Positions 54,188-63,802 of a DNA stretch of 64,000 bases are shown here, one piece after another. The notes below the pieces were generated by a model, which was not told where the DNA came from, did no database searches, and saw nothing but the letters and a program-made list of their open reading frames with translations. Where the stretch lies: the NCBI GenBank assembly GCA_031422495.1, contig JANPLX010000100.1:197-64196 (forward strand), written 5' to 3'. Positions within the stretch are counted from its first letter, which is position 1. The number at the start of each line of letters is the position of its first letter. Made by a program: the position numbers and the translations under genes. The stretch comes from Polaromonas sp. GTDB lineage: Bacteria > Pseudomonadota > Gammaproteobacteria > Burkholderiales > Burkholderiaceae_C.

Positions 54188-54598
54188 ATGGAGCTTTCAA
54201 TGAATTCCAAATCGTTCAATACCTGCCGGGCGCTTTGTGCCACGGCGCTCGCCGCAACCTGCTTTTTGTCATCAGTTCAAGCGCAAACCACCCCTGCGGG
54301 CAATATGCCAGCTGCCATGCCCCACGGCCAGATGCAAAAAGGCATGATGGGTTCCGACGATATGAAAAAATCGATGATGACGGGGATGGACGGCATGAAC
54401 AAAATGACCATGACTGGCGACATCGACAAAGACTTTGCCATGATGATGAAGATTCACCACCAGCAGGCGGTTGACATGTCTGAAATGGAAATTGCACATG
54501 GCAAATCACCCGCCATGAAGGCGATGGCCAAGCAGATCATTGCTGCCCAAAAGAAAGAGATAGCCAAATTTGACCAGTTTCTTGCCAAGCAAAAATGA
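54188..54598 (+). CDS. Met-rich periplasmic DUF305-like protein (putative copper binding)
   Basis: Signal peptide, a Met/His-rich stretch MPAAMPHGQMQKGMMGSDDMKKSMMTGMDGMNKMTM, then DKDFAMMMKIHHQQAVDMSEME...AKQIIAAQKKEI, resembling DUF305. Confidence 0.65.
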   Translation: MELSMNSKSFNTCRALCATALAATCFLSSVQAQTTPAGNMPAAMPHGQMQKGMMGSDDMKKSMMTGMDGMNKMTMTGDIDKDFAMMMKIHHQQAVDMSEMEIAHGKSPAMKAMAKQIIAAQKKEIAKFDQFLAKQK

Positions 54599-54611
54599 TT
54601 GATGGCGTGTT

Positions 54612-56966
54612 ATGGCGTTCCAACCCAGCATCGTCTCCAACGAAGCCGAATTGTCGCTGAATGACCCGGTGTGCGGCATGACCGTGACGCCACAATCGCC
54701 TCACATGCTCCAGCACGAGGGCAAGCCGATTTATTTCTGCAGCGCGGGTTGCAAGGGTAAATTTGCGGCCAATCCGGCCAAGTATCCCTTTGCGACCTTT
54801 GACGCGGCCATGCCCGCTCTGGCACCAACACCGGCGATGTTCGAGCCTGTGGCTGCCGGTGCCATCTACACCTGCCCTATGCACCCCGAGGTGCGGCAGG
54901 ATAAACCCGGTGCCTGCCCCAAATGCGGCATGGCGCTGGAGCCTGAAATGCCCACGCTTGATGAGGGTGAGAGCCCTGAATTGACCGATTTCAAACGGCG
55001 CTTCATCTGGACACTGCCTCTGACCATCGTTGTCACCGCGCTGGCCATGGTAGGCCATGGTCTGCAACTGTTCGAGATGGCGACGCAGAGCTGGATTGAA
55101 CTGATGTTGACCTTGCCCATCGTGCTGTGGGCGGGCTGGCCGTTTTTTGAGCGTGGCGCACAGTCCATCATCAACCGCAGCCCGAACATGTGGACGCTGA
55201 TTGGCCTGGGCACAGCTGCAGCCTTTGTCTACAGCGTAGTCGCCACTGCGGCACCAGACGTGTTTCCCGCCTCGTTCATGTCGATGGGACGCGTGGCGGT
55301 TTACTTTGAAGCAGCAGCGGTGATTATTTCCCTCACGTTGCTTGGCCAGATTCTCGAACTCAAGGCCCGTTCGCAAACCTCGGCCGCCATCAAGTCCCTG
55401 CTCGGTCTGGCACCCAAGACGGCGCGGCGCATCAATGCGGACGGCGCAGAGGAAGACGTGCCCCTCACCCACGTGCATGTAGGCGACTTGCTGCGGATTC
55501 GCCCCGGTGAAAAAGTGCCCGTCGATGGTGTGGTGACCGAGGGCAGCAGCGCCGTGGATGAATCCATGCTGACGGGCGAGCCCATGCCCATCACCAAGCG
55601 CGTGGGCGACAAACTGATTGGCGCGACCATGAATACCAGTGGCGCGCTGGTGATGCGCTCAGAGAAAGTGGGCTCGCAAACGGTGCTGGCCAGCATTGTG
55701 CAGATGGTCATACAGGCACAGCGCTCCAGGGCGCCGATGCAGCGCATGGCCGACCAGGTGGCTGGTTATTTTGTAGTCACCGTGGTCGGCATTGCCTTGC
55801 TGACTTTTGTGGTGTGGGGGCTGGTGGGGCCGGAGCCGAGCTGGGTTTATGGGTTGATCAACGCGGTGGCGGTGCTCATCATCGCGTGTCCCTGCGCATT
55901 GGGTCTGGCCACGCCGATGTCGATCATGGTTGCCACTGGCAAGGCCGCGACCCAGGGCGTGCTGTTTCGGGACGCAGCGGCCATTGAGAATTTTCGCAAG
56001 GTAGACACGCTGATCGTGGACAAGACCGGTACGCTGACAGAGGGCAAGCCGAAGTTTGACCGCGCCGTGGCGGCACCTGGCTTCGCCGAAGACGACGTGC
56101 TGCAGATGGCAGCGAGCCTGGACCAGGGCAGCGAGCACCCATTGGCCCACGCCATCGTGGCAGCGGCGCGCGAGCGGGGTCTGGCGCTGGACAAGGCTGA
56201 AGGATTTGAGTCAAGCACCGGCATCGGCGTGCGCGGCACGGTGGGCGGCAAGCAGCTGGCACTCGGCAACACCGCGCTGATGACACAACTCAACGTCGCG
56301 GTCGATGCCCTCAAGGCGCATGCTGAAGCCTTGCGCGCCACCGGGGCCAGTGTGATGTTCCTCGCGGTGAACGGCCAGAGCGCCGGTCTACTGGCGGTGT
56401 CCGACCCGATCAAGGCCAGCACGGCGGAGGCATTGGCCCTGCTTACGGCATCCGGTCTGCGCGTGATCATGGCTACTGGTGACGGTCTGACGACGGCGAA
56501 AGCGGTCGCGGCCACGCTGGGCATCGACGAGGTTCATGGTGAGGTCAAACCCGCCGACAAGCTGGAAATGGTAAGTCGGCTGCAGCGCGAAGGCCGCATC
56601 GTTGCCATGGCCGGTGACGGTATCAACGACGCGCCGGCGCTGGCCAAGGCCGATGTGGGCGTGGCCATGGGCACGGGCACCGACGTGGCGAGGAACAGCG
56701 CGCAGGTGACGCTGGTTAAAGGCGACCTGCGCGGCATTGCGGTGGCGCGCGAGATATCGCAGCAAACCATTGCCAACATGAAGCAGAACCTTGGCTTTGC
56801 CTTTGTCTACAACGCGTTGGGCGTGCCGCTGGCCGCTGGTGTGCTGTACCCCTTCACCGGCTGGCTGCTGTCGCCGATGATTGCAGCGCTGGCGATGAGC
56901 CTGAGCTCGGTGTCGGTCATCACCAATGCGCTGCGATTGAGACGCGCCGCGCCCAAGCAAGACTGA
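54612..56966 (+). CDS. copA: Copper-translocating P1B-type ATPase
   Basis: 784 aa with CPC ([13 protein letters not shown]), DKTGTLT, SEHPLA and GDGINDAP motifs. The N-terminus has a YHS/TRASH-like CGMTV...FCSAGC and a YTCPMHPEV...CPKCGM metal-binding module instead of a CxxC heavy-metal-associated (HMA) domain. Confidence 0.9.
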   Translation: MAFQPSIVSNEAELSLNDPVCGMTVTPQSPHMLQHEGKPIYFCSAGCKGKFAANPAKYPFATFDAAMPALAPTPAMFEPVAAGAIYTCPMHPEVRQDKPGACPKCGMALEPEMPTLDEGESPELTDFKRRFIWTLPLTIVVTALAMVGHGLQLFEMATQSWIELMLTLPIVLWAGWPFFERGAQSIINRSPNMWTLIGLGTAAAFVYSVVATAAPDVFPASFMSMGRVAVYFEAAAVIISLTLLGQILELKARSQTSAAIKSLLGLAPKTARRINADGAEEDVPLTHVHVGDLLRIRPGEKVPVDGVVTEGSSAVDESMLTGEPMPITKRVGDKLIGATMNTSGALVMRSEKVGSQTVLASIVQMVIQAQRSRAPMQRMADQVAGYFVVTVVGIALLTFVVWGLVGPEPSWVYGLINAVAVLIIACPCALGLATPMSIMVATGKAATQGVLFRDAAAIENFRKVDTLIVDKTGTLTEGKPKFDRAVAAPGFAEDDVLQMAASLDQGSEHPLAHAIVAAARERGLALDKAEGFESSTGIGVRGTVGGKQLALGNTALMTQLNVAVDALKAHAEALRATGASVMFLAVNGQSAGLLAVSDPIKASTAEALALLTASGLRVIMATGDGLTTAKAVAATLGIDEVHGEVKPADKLEMVSRLQREGRIVAMAGDGINDAPALAKADVGVAMGTGTDVARNSAQVTLVKGDLRGIAVAREISQQTIANMKQNLGFAFVYNALGVPLAAGVLYPFTGWLLSPMIAALAMSLSSVSVITNALRLRRAAPKQD

Positions 56967-56982
56967 AAATAGCAGAACAGCC

Positions 56983-57525
56983 ATGGACATCCTTGCACAC
57001 GCTTTATGGGCCGGAGCAGGGATGGCGCTGGCGCGTCGCCGGTGGCCCATCTCCCCGCGCACCGTGATGGTGACTGTGGTGCTGGCCACGTTGCCAGACT
57101 TATTTCATCTGCTGCCAATCGCCGGATGGTGGGCGTTTGGCGATGGTTCTCTGGAGGCGCTGCGGGCCTATGCCGTTGCATTGCCGGGTCAAGAGCCCGC
57201 TCTGCCGCCAATGGTCGAAGCATGGTCGCACCACCTGCACTGTGTAGCGCACAGCGCCATTATCGCTGGTGCTGTGACACTGCTGGTGTGGGCAGTGCTG
57301 CGCTCGCTATGGATACCTTTGCTGGGCTGGTGGTCACACATCGTCATCGACGTGTTCACGCATTCTGCCGATTACTACCCTTCCCCCGTGCTTTATCCCA
57401 TTACAGAGCGCGGTTTTGATGGCCTGGCCTGGAATACACCTTGGTTCATGGTGCTGAACTACGCGGCGCTGGGCTTGACCGGACTGTGGCTATGGCGTTC
57501 CAAAAGAAGCAGACGCAGCCAATAA
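56983..57525 (+). CDS. Membrane protein, possibly YdjM/DUF457-like metal-dependent hydrolase
   Basis: 180 aa, hydrophobic, His-rich at helix ends (MDILAHALWAG..., WSHHLHCVAHS, WSHIVIDVFTHSAD). The family assignment is tentative. Confidence 0.45.
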   Translation: MDILAHALWAGAGMALARRRWPISPRTVMVTVVLATLPDLFHLLPIAGWWAFGDGSLEALRAYAVALPGQEPALPPMVEAWSHHLHCVAHSAIIAGAVTLLVWAVLRSLWIPLLGWWSHIVIDVFTHSADYYPSPVLYPITERGFDGLAWNTPWFMVLNYAALGLTGLWLWRSKRSRRSQ

Positions 57526-57584
57526 TTGCGTCCATGTTCCTTGGCAAAAAACTCGGCGTATTTCACCAAGTAATTGGCGAAAAT

Positions 57585-57822
57585 ATGCCCATGACACCAA
57601 GCCTCGCACCTTTCTTTCAGCCCCTCACGGGCCTCTACGAACCCTCCGCCATCCAGCAGCTGGCGGACGGGCGCTTCCTAGTGGTTGAAGATGAAAAAGA
57701 GCATTCCTTCAGCCTGCTCACCCTGAGCGCCAGCGGGAATGCCAGCAGCAAAGCATTTGGTCCGGGCTGGTTCCATGGCAGGGATCCGATCTGGAAGCTG
57801 GACGACCTGGAAGGATTGCGCT
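57585..57822 (+). pseudogene. 5' fragment of a hypothetical (DUF3616-like?) gene, truncated at the IS630 scar
   Basis: MPMTPSLAPFFQPLTGLYEPSAIQQLADGRFLVVEDEKEHSFSLL...KLDDLEGL. The sensible sequence stops at the GGAATTCA junction. Confidence 0.35.
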
Positions 57823-58034
57823 GGAATTCAAACCGGCACTTTCGTCGATGTGCAGAGACACGGTGCACAGCTTTTCGATGGCTTCGGTCAAACGCCTCAA
57901 TCGGGCGTGGGCTTTTCACAGCAAGGTTTTCAACTTGTCAAAGACTCGTTCCATTGGGTTGAAATCGGGACTGAAGGGTTGCAGATAACACAGAATCGCA
58001 CCAGCGGCCTTGATGGCTGCTTATGGGGAATTCA
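57823..58034 (-). mobile_element. IS630-family transposase C-terminal remnant (pseudogene) bounded by 8-bp direct repeats
   Basis: The minus-strand translation AAIKAAGAILCYLQPFSPDFNPMERVFDKLKTLL*KAHARLRRLTEAIEKLC... matches the IS630/Tc1 DDE C-terminal motif (YSPDLNPIE..F.KLK) and carries an internal stop. GGAATTCA occurs at both ends (57823-57830 and 58027-58034). Confidence 0.7.
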
Positions 58035-58394
58035 GTAGGCACCTAGAAAACTGTCGTTCCCCAATACCCGCTTTCGCTCCCATTCCTGACGACCAAGCAA
58101 ATGGCTGATTAAGAGACAAAGCGGTAGTAGAAAAAGTTGAAAAGCAACCTCAAAAGCGGTCACTGAATTTACTGGCTATTGGTCAGTTTTTTGGCGAAAA
58201 ATTTTACGAAATAAATTTCCAAATTTCACAGTTAAAAAGTGGTGATGGTGAATTAGGATAGGCTACAAAAAATCAACTTTTGGCGTAAGTTCAACTTCTG
58301 ATAACTATCTGCCCCCACAAAGCTCGGAGCCGGCGGGGCAGTTGGGATGGATTAAAGGCTAGCCGGTAAATGCTGGTCCGTGATGATGGTGGCC

Positions 58395-59702
58395 TCAGCG
58401 CGCCGGTGTCACGCGCCAGACGGTGTTGGATAGATCGTCGGCCACGATCAACGCGCCCTTAGGGTCGACGGTCACGCCAACTGGACGGCCCATGGTCTTG
58501 CCCTCGACCTGGAAACCGCTGACGAAGTCGACGGGTGGGCCGCTGGGGCGGCCGTTGGCGTAAGGCACGAAGATCACCTTGTAGCCGACAGGCGCGTCCC
58601 GGTTCCAGCTGCCGTGCAACCCGATGAAAGCGCCTTGGGCAAACGGGGCCGCGAACCCACTCTGTACGAAGGACAGTCCCAAAGGCGCGGAATGTGACTG
58701 CAATGCGAAGTCCGGCCTTACCGAGGCCTGTACCAGTCTCTCGTTCTGTGGCTGTACACGGCGGTCAACGTTGGGCCCCCAATAGGCGTAAGGCCAGCCG
58801 TAAAAAGCACCTTCTCGTACCGAGGTGAGGTAGTCCGGGACGAGGTCGGGGCCCAGCTCGTCTCTTTCATTCACCACAGCCCAAAGCTGCCGGCTTGTGG
58901 GTTCGAAAGCAAGTGCTGTGGGATTGCGTAGGCCTGTTGCGAACGCCCGTGTGGCACCACTGCTAGCGTCGACCTGCCAGACGACTGCCCGGTTCTCCTC
59001 TACCGCCAAGCCGCGCTCGCCGATATTGCTATTTGAACCGATGCCAACATAAAGATAGCGCCCGTCGGCATCAGCGGCGAGCGCCTTCGTCCAGTGGTGG
59101 TTGATCGCTGAAGGCAGTTTGGCCACTGTCACAGGAGTCGCAGTAGCCTGCGTCTGGCCGTCCACATATTCCATCCGCACCAGCGCATCCTGATTGGCAA
59201 CATATAGCCGGTTTCCAACCAAGGCCAAGCCGTACGGCGCATTGAGGTTCTTCGCGTAGACCCACCGTCCTTCGTAAACGCCGTCTCCATCGGCATCGCG
59301 CAACAAGGTCAGTTGGTTGCCGCCTTTAACGGATGTGGTGCCTTTGGATTTGATGATGCCGGCGATGTAGTCCTTGGGTCGGAGGACGGGAGCACCCCCG
59401 CCCTTGCCTTCGGCCACCAGAATGTCGCCATTGGGCAAAACCAGAGTCTGGCGCGGCACTTTCAAATCGGTCGCGATGGCTTTGATTGTCCAGCCCAGCG
59501 GCACGGCGGGAAGGCGGTCACCCCAGCCTGCTGGTTTTGCGATGCTCATACTGGGCAGCAAACCTCGCTGCGGGGGCGGCAGGTTCGGATTGCCGAGTTG
59601 GGCGCTACTTGCTTGGGCCGCCGCGACGGCAAAAATCATTGTGGTGCCAAGAATCACGCCTGTGGTGAAGGTGGCTCTGATGAGCTGACTCAAGGTTCTC
59701 AT
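58395..59702 (-). CDS. PQQ-dependent sugar (sorbosone/glucose) dehydrogenase family beta-propeller protein
   Basis: 435 aa with a signal peptide and GLRNPTALAFEP...DYLTSVREGAFYGWPYAYWG, typical of the sorbosone dehydrogenase family. Confidence 0.75.
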   Translation of the reverse strand: MRTLSQLIRATFTTGVILGTTMIFAVAAAQASSAQLGNPNLPPPQRGLLPSMSIAKPAGWGDRLPAVPLGWTIKAIATDLKVPRQTLVLPNGDILVAEGKGGGAPVLRPKDYIAGIIKSKGTTSVKGGNQLTLLRDADGDGVYEGRWVYAKNLNAPYGLALVGNRLYVANQDALVRMEYVDGQTQATATPVTVAKLPSAINHHWTKALAADADGRYLYVGIGSNSNIGERGLAVEENRAVVWQVDASSGATRAFATGLRNPTALAFEPTSRQLWAVVNERDELGPDLVPDYLTSVREGAFYGWPYAYWGPNVDRRVQPQNERLVQASVRPDFALQSHSAPLGLSFVQSGFAAPFAQGAFIGLHGSWNRDAPVGYKVIFVPYANGRPSGPPVDFVSGFQVEGKTMGRPVGVTVDPKGALIVADDLSNTVWRVTPAR

Positions 59703-60094
59703 GCTGTCCTCCGCAAAGTGCCTTTAAGCCCAACCAGGCTGACCATCGCGGCGAGCACCACCACCATGGCCGACAAAATCAGTCCGGTCGGCATCGCTGC
59801 CCAACCGTCCTTGGCGTGGACCAGGGCATTGAGGAAGCCGACGACAAAAGTCGCCAGCAACAAACTCAGATAAATCATGCTGCGACGATGGCGCGTAGCG
59901 GGCGACCGCAGCAGATCTATCGCACCCCACAGCAACACTGGGCCGACTATAAGCAGGCCTCCTGCCATCAGCCACGAGGCAAAATTCAGCCATTGGATCT
60001 GATGGCTGCTGAAGTAGGCCCAATCGCTGAGCAGCGCTCCCAAGAACAGCGGGAAGGAGGACAAGGCTAAGACTGCGTGCATTCGGGTATTCAT
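59699..60094 (-). CDS. Small membrane protein (DUF2231-like), translationally coupled to the dehydrogenase
   Basis: 131 aa, 4 TM segments, with a 4-bp overlap with the downstream gene. The family call is tentative. Confidence 0.5.
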   Translation of the reverse strand: MNTRMHAVLALSSFPLFLGALLSDWAYFSSHQIQWLNFASWLMAGGLLIVGPVLLWGAIDLLRSPATRHRRSMIYLSLLLATFVVGFLNALVHAKDGWAAMPTGLILSAMVVVLAAMVSLVGLKGTLRRTA

Positions 60095-60374
60095 AGCTGA
60101 AACGATGTTTGCGAAGTAGTAGATTTGGAATCCGTATCAGTTTTACACAACCTCCAGCGCGAATCGCTGATGGCGTGAATCGCTTATAGGCTTTAGGGAC
60201 CAATTTGACAGCCTACACGATCCACAAACTGTAGTGCAAAGGCAATCATCTTAAACCCCATTTTGGCTACCGTCTGTTCGATACCGCACAGAGAGTAATT
60301 TTTCTTAGTGCTTTAATTTGCGTTGCAACTGCCGCATCACAACGGGCCTGCGCCCAAAGCGGAATAACTATGGC

Positions 60375-61139
60375 ATGAAAGAATCATTAAGATGGATCCC
60401 CTACTGCGGCGAGGCACCGGGCCCAGAGGTCTGGCTGAGCCGCTGGAATTTCGATCCGGTGCTCGGCGCAGGGTTGCTACTGCTTGCGCTTGCGCTGTTG
60501 CGCTTGCCACTCAGCCAAGACCTTACTGCCCGGCGACTTTTGAGTCTGCGTAGTGCGTGGGCTCTGGCCGTCGTGCTTTACGTGTCTCCGCTGTGTGCCT
60601 TGAGCTCAGCATTCTTCACAGTGCGGGTAATTCATCACATCGCGCTCGTGTTGGTGATGGCACCCTTGCTTGTGTTCGGATTGGAACCCTGGCTGCAGCG
60701 ACTGCCGATTTCGCTTTGGAGTTCTACCGCCATCGCCGCGGCAATCTTCTGGACTTGGCATGCGCCTGCCCCCTACGCGGCCGCGCTGTCATCGGTCTCG
60801 ATCTACGCGCTGATGCAATTCACGCTGCTGTCCAGCGCGATGGTTTTCTGGATCGCGATCCGTACATCTGATCCGCCTGCGGCGATGGCTGCCATCCTGG
60901 TCACGACTGTGTTGATGGGTTTGCTGGGCGCGTTGATCACCTTCGCAGGTCGGCCGCTGTATGTCCCGCACTTCGCTTCAACACTGAGCTGGGGCGTGTC
61001 GCCGTTGGAAGATCAGCAACTCGCCGGCATCACTATGTGGGCACCCGGCAGCATTGCCTACTTGGCTGCGGCAATGTGGATCGGCTGGCGATGGATGAGC
61101 GCCGCACGTACGCGTGAGATGCGCACCGAGCCAGTATGA
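60375..61139 (+). CDS. Cytochrome c oxidase assembly factor, caa3 CtaG-like membrane protein
   Basis: Polytopic protein with WNFDPVLGAGLLLLALA... and QQLAGITMWAPGSIAYL. The start at MKESLRW is preferred over the ORF-track start 60318. Confidence 0.6.
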   Translation: MKESLRWIPYCGEAPGPEVWLSRWNFDPVLGAGLLLLALALLRLPLSQDLTARRLLSLRSAWALAVVLYVSPLCALSSAFFTVRVIHHIALVLVMAPLLVFGLEPWLQRLPISLWSSTAIAAAIFWTWHAPAPYAAALSSVSIYALMQFTLLSSAMVFWIAIRTSDPPAAMAAILVTTVLMGLLGALITFAGRPLYVPHFASTLSWGVSPLEDQQLAGITMWAPGSIAYLAAAMWIGWRWMSAARTREMRTEPV

Positions 61140-61783
61140 ATCTCGTTGCTGCCATTGAATGGGCCGAGGGCTACCACCGGCGCGGTGTGTACTCGCCCAT
61201 CGGCGTCGCCTTTCACTGGGTAATGGCGGCGCTGATGATTTTTCAGCTTGCGCACGGCTGGTACTTGGGCTGGTTACCGGTGGGCGGTGACAAGTACGTC
61301 GGTTACCAAACCCACACGCAGGTCGGACTGACGATCATGCTGCTTGGCACATTGCGCTTTCTTTGGTACAGCCAACTCAGTGGGCCCGACAACGTTGACG
61401 AAGCCTCGTTGGCAGGTAAGGCCAGCCGCATGCTGCAAACTTGGTTTTATCTGAGCTTCTTCGCGCTTCCGATAAGTGGCTGGGTCATGTGGTCAACGCT
61501 ACCGAGCGATTTGCCGTTGTCAATCGCCGGTGTGCTTCCGTTTCCCAATTTGCCTTTCGATCAGTTGTCTGAACGTTTACAGCACAGCCTGATGCAGTGG
61601 GCCGCAGCAGCGCACTTCTGGATCGTGTGGATCACGGCACTGATCATTCCCGGCCATGCCGGGGCGGCCGTGCTGCACTACCTGGTCAAGCGGGACAAAG
61701 TCCTGCATTCGATGTTCGACCTCAATGGGCCTGAGGTGCCGGGCGTACTGGGATCCGCGCAAGATAAAGGCTCAGCTGTGTGA
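61136..61783 (+). CDS. Cytochrome b561 family protein
   Basis: 215 aa, 4 TM segments, with His ligands in FHWVMAALMIFQLAHGWYL and AAHFWIVW...GHAGAAVLHY. Confidence 0.65.
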   Translation: MNLVAAIEWAEGYHRRGVYSPIGVAFHWVMAALMIFQLAHGWYLGWLPVGGDKYVGYQTHTQVGLTIMLLGTLRFLWYSQLSGPDNVDEASLAGKASRMLQTWFYLSFFALPISGWVMWSTLPSDLPLSIAGVLPFPNLPFDQLSERLQHSLMQWAAAAHFWIVWITALIIPGHAGAAVLHYLVKRDKVLHSMFDLNGPEVPGVLGSAQDKGSAV

Positions 61784-62408
61784 CCTCCGCAGGCTTGAGC
61801 TGCTGCGCCACTTTCAACATCACATGATTGCCATCATTCCGCCTTTTCGAGACCTGCCAGTCCTGCAACTGCTGAACCAGGTAGAACGCTGGCTGCGCGT
61901 TCAGCGGTGGTCCGTTCACAGTGCCGAGACCTTCGGTACCATGGCATTGCATACATGCATCGACGTACAGCTTTGGCGTCGTCGCAGCCAGAAGTTCTTG
62001 ATTAGCAGATGGCAAAGCCTGAGACGGCAGAGCAGCGTAGAAACTGGCTACTCGAACTCGTTCATCGCTGTCAAGAAAGCGCGCCACGTCGCGCATCACC
62101 TCATGTGGCCTCAGGCCAGTCGCATAATCTTCCATCTGTTTTTGCAGATAGCCCGTCGGCAGGCCCGCCAAGCGCGGCGCGTCGAAACCATTGCCCTCGC
62201 CCCGCGCGCCGTGACAGGTGACACAGGCGTAGCGCGCGCCGCCTTCACCACCACTCATTGCAATGAGTTCACCACTTCGGCCCCACTGGTCATCACTGCG
62301 GCTCATGCGATCTGTGCAAGCCGAGGTCAATACTGCCACGATCAAAGTCAGCGTTTGGCTGAAACGGCACGAAAGCCAGTGTCGGGAAAGCGATGGTTGT
62401 CTGCTCAT
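61722..62408 (-). CDS. Dihaem c-type cytochrome (c4-like), probable lipoprotein
   Basis: CVTCHG and CMQCHG motifs. The start at MSRQPS...LIVAVLTSAC (lipobox) is preferred over the ORF-track start 62468. Confidence 0.7.
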   Translation of the reverse strand: MSRQPSLSRHWLSCRFSQTLTLIVAVLTSACTDRMSRSDDQWGRSGELIAMSGGEGGARYACVTCHGARGEGNGFDAPRLAGLPTGYLQKQMEDYATGLRPHEVMRDVARFLDSDERVRVASFYAALPSQALPSANQELLAATTPKLYVDACMQCHGTEGLGTVNGPPLNAQPAFYLVQQLQDWQVSKRRNDGNHVMLKVAQQLKPAEVTQLSLYLARIPVRPAPQAH

Positions 62409-62447
62409 GGAAACTGAATTATCGTCTACACCAAGGAGGGTCTGCCT

Positions 62448-62835
62448 ATGGGCGCGCTCAGCAACCATAGCAGGTCAGTGGTTAATACTTTTGTGTACGT
62501 CCCTTGTTGCATGTGACGGTCCGCCTGATCGGACTTCCACGCTGGGTGACGCCAACACAGCAAAGGGTCGGCAGCTCGTCATAAGCAAAGGCTGCGTTGC
62601 GTGTCACACCTTCCCCGATGTGGAGTGGCCACGTGGCGGGCTAGGACCCTCGCTGCAAAACTTTGGGCGTCAGGGCTTGATCGCTGGACGTCTGCCGAAC
62701 CAACCTGGCGTGTTGATGGAGTTCGTACGGAACGCGCCAATGTTGGTGACCGGAACGGCCATGCCTACCATTTTAATGACTGACCAGGAAGCCCGCGATG
62801 TTACAGCCTATCTCCTCACTCTCAAGCCTAGCTGA
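62448..62835 (+). CDS. Monohaem c-type cytochrome, probable lipoprotein; apparent 1-nt frameshift just after the start codon
   Basis: The CVACH motif lies in the 62263-62835 frame. A strong AAGGAGG plus ATG at 62448 is out of frame by one G. Removing one G of ATGGGC gives MARSATIAGQWLILLCTSLVAC, a perfect lipoprotein signal. Confidence 0.5.
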
Positions 62836-63802
62836 AGCGTTGAGCGGCTGGCCAGCGCCGGTGCTCGATCCGCATGGCCCGTTTTCGAACTCAGTCACCA
62901 CGCTGGCTTGGGTGTTGATCGCCCTTATGACGCTGATCTTCGTGCTGGTGTGTGCAGCCATGTGGGTGGCGCTGTATGGCAGCGACAAGCTGCGCGCCCA
63001 GCTCGGTGGCGAGCACGTCGTCAAATGGTTCGGGCTGATCGTGCCGGCCGGCGTGCTGTTCTTGTTGCTGGCATGGGGCACGACGATGGTTGCAGGAATG
63101 ACGACGATCAAGGGCGACGAGTTGCGTATGCGCGTGTCTGGGAATATCTACTGGTGGCGCGTGTCCTACCTCGATGCTGCGGGCAATCAAGTAATGGCCG
63201 ATGCCAACGAACTGCACATCCCCGCCGGTCGCCCGGTGGTCGTCGACATGGTCTCCGAAGATGTGATCCACAGCTTTTGGGTCCCCAAACTCGGTGGCAA
63301 GATGGACATGATTCCGGGCCGCACGAACCGGCTCAAGCTGCAAGCCGATAAGGCTGGCAACTTCGGGGGTCAATGCGCTGAATTCTGTGGTGGGGCGCAT
63401 TCGCTGATGGGTTTCGTAGTCGTGGCGCATGAGCCTGCTGACTGGCAGCGCTGGTACGATGCACGACTTGCGCGTCTGCACTCAGCACCGGTTCTAACTG
63501 AGACGCCGGTTCCTATCAGCGATGAGGTGAAGCGTGGCCGCCAGCTCTTCGGAGAGGTCGGTTGCGCTGCTTGCCACCGAGTTGCTGGTAGCTCTGCGCA
63601 AGGTCTATCTGGCCCGGACTTGACGCACGTGGGCTCGCGTCTTTCCTTGGGCGCAGGAATTTTGCCTAACACCCGGGGCACGTTGATCGGCTGGATCGGT
63701 GACAGCCAATCGATCAAACCGAATAACCGCATGCCAGCCTACCGCTCGCTGCAGGCCGCCGAGCTGAATGCTCTGGCCGCTTACATGGAGTCGTTGAAAT
63801 GA
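62798..63802 (+). CDS. coxB: Cytochrome c oxidase subunit II with fused C-terminal cytochrome c (caa3 type)
   Basis: CuA motif HSFWVPKLGGKMDMIPGR...GQCAEFCGGAHSLM and C-terminal CAACH. Confidence 0.9.
   Translation: MLQPISSLSSLAEALSGWPAPVLDPHGPFSNSVTTLAWVLIALMTLIFVLVCAAMWVALYGSDKLRAQLGGEHVVKWFGLIVPAGVLFLLLAWGTTMVAGMTTIKGDELRMRVSGNIYWWRVSYLDAAGNQVMADANELHIPAGRPVVVDMVSEDVIHSFWVPKLGGKMDMIPGRTNRLKLQADKAGNFGGQCAEFCGGAHSLMGFVVVAHEPADWQRWYDARLARLHSAPVLTETPVPISDEVKRGRQLFGEVGCAACHRVAGSSAQGLSGPDLTHVGSRLSLGAGILPNTRGTLIGWIGDSQSIKPNNRMPAYRSLQAAELNALAAYMESLK

Noticed and set aside
54537-57223. Long minus-strand ORFs (54537-55478, 55301-55747, 55659-56150, 55847-56524, 56388-57089, 56807-57223)
   Set aside because: All overlap the well-supported copA or membrane-protein genes and are Arg/Gly/His/Pro-rich. 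This is the usual stop-poor antisense artefact in GC-rich DNA.
59724-60203. 159-aa minus-strand ORF overlapping the DUF2231-like gene in another frame
   Set aside because: It is Arg/Pro/Gly-rich and unlike a membrane protein. The 131-aa frame gives four clean TM helices and couples to the downstream gene.
61722-61783. 62-bp convergent overlap of the cytochrome b561 and dihaem cytochrome c genes, as something functional
   Set aside because: The overlapping tails are non-conserved and the DNA is GC-rich. More likely one ORF simply runs on past its functional end.
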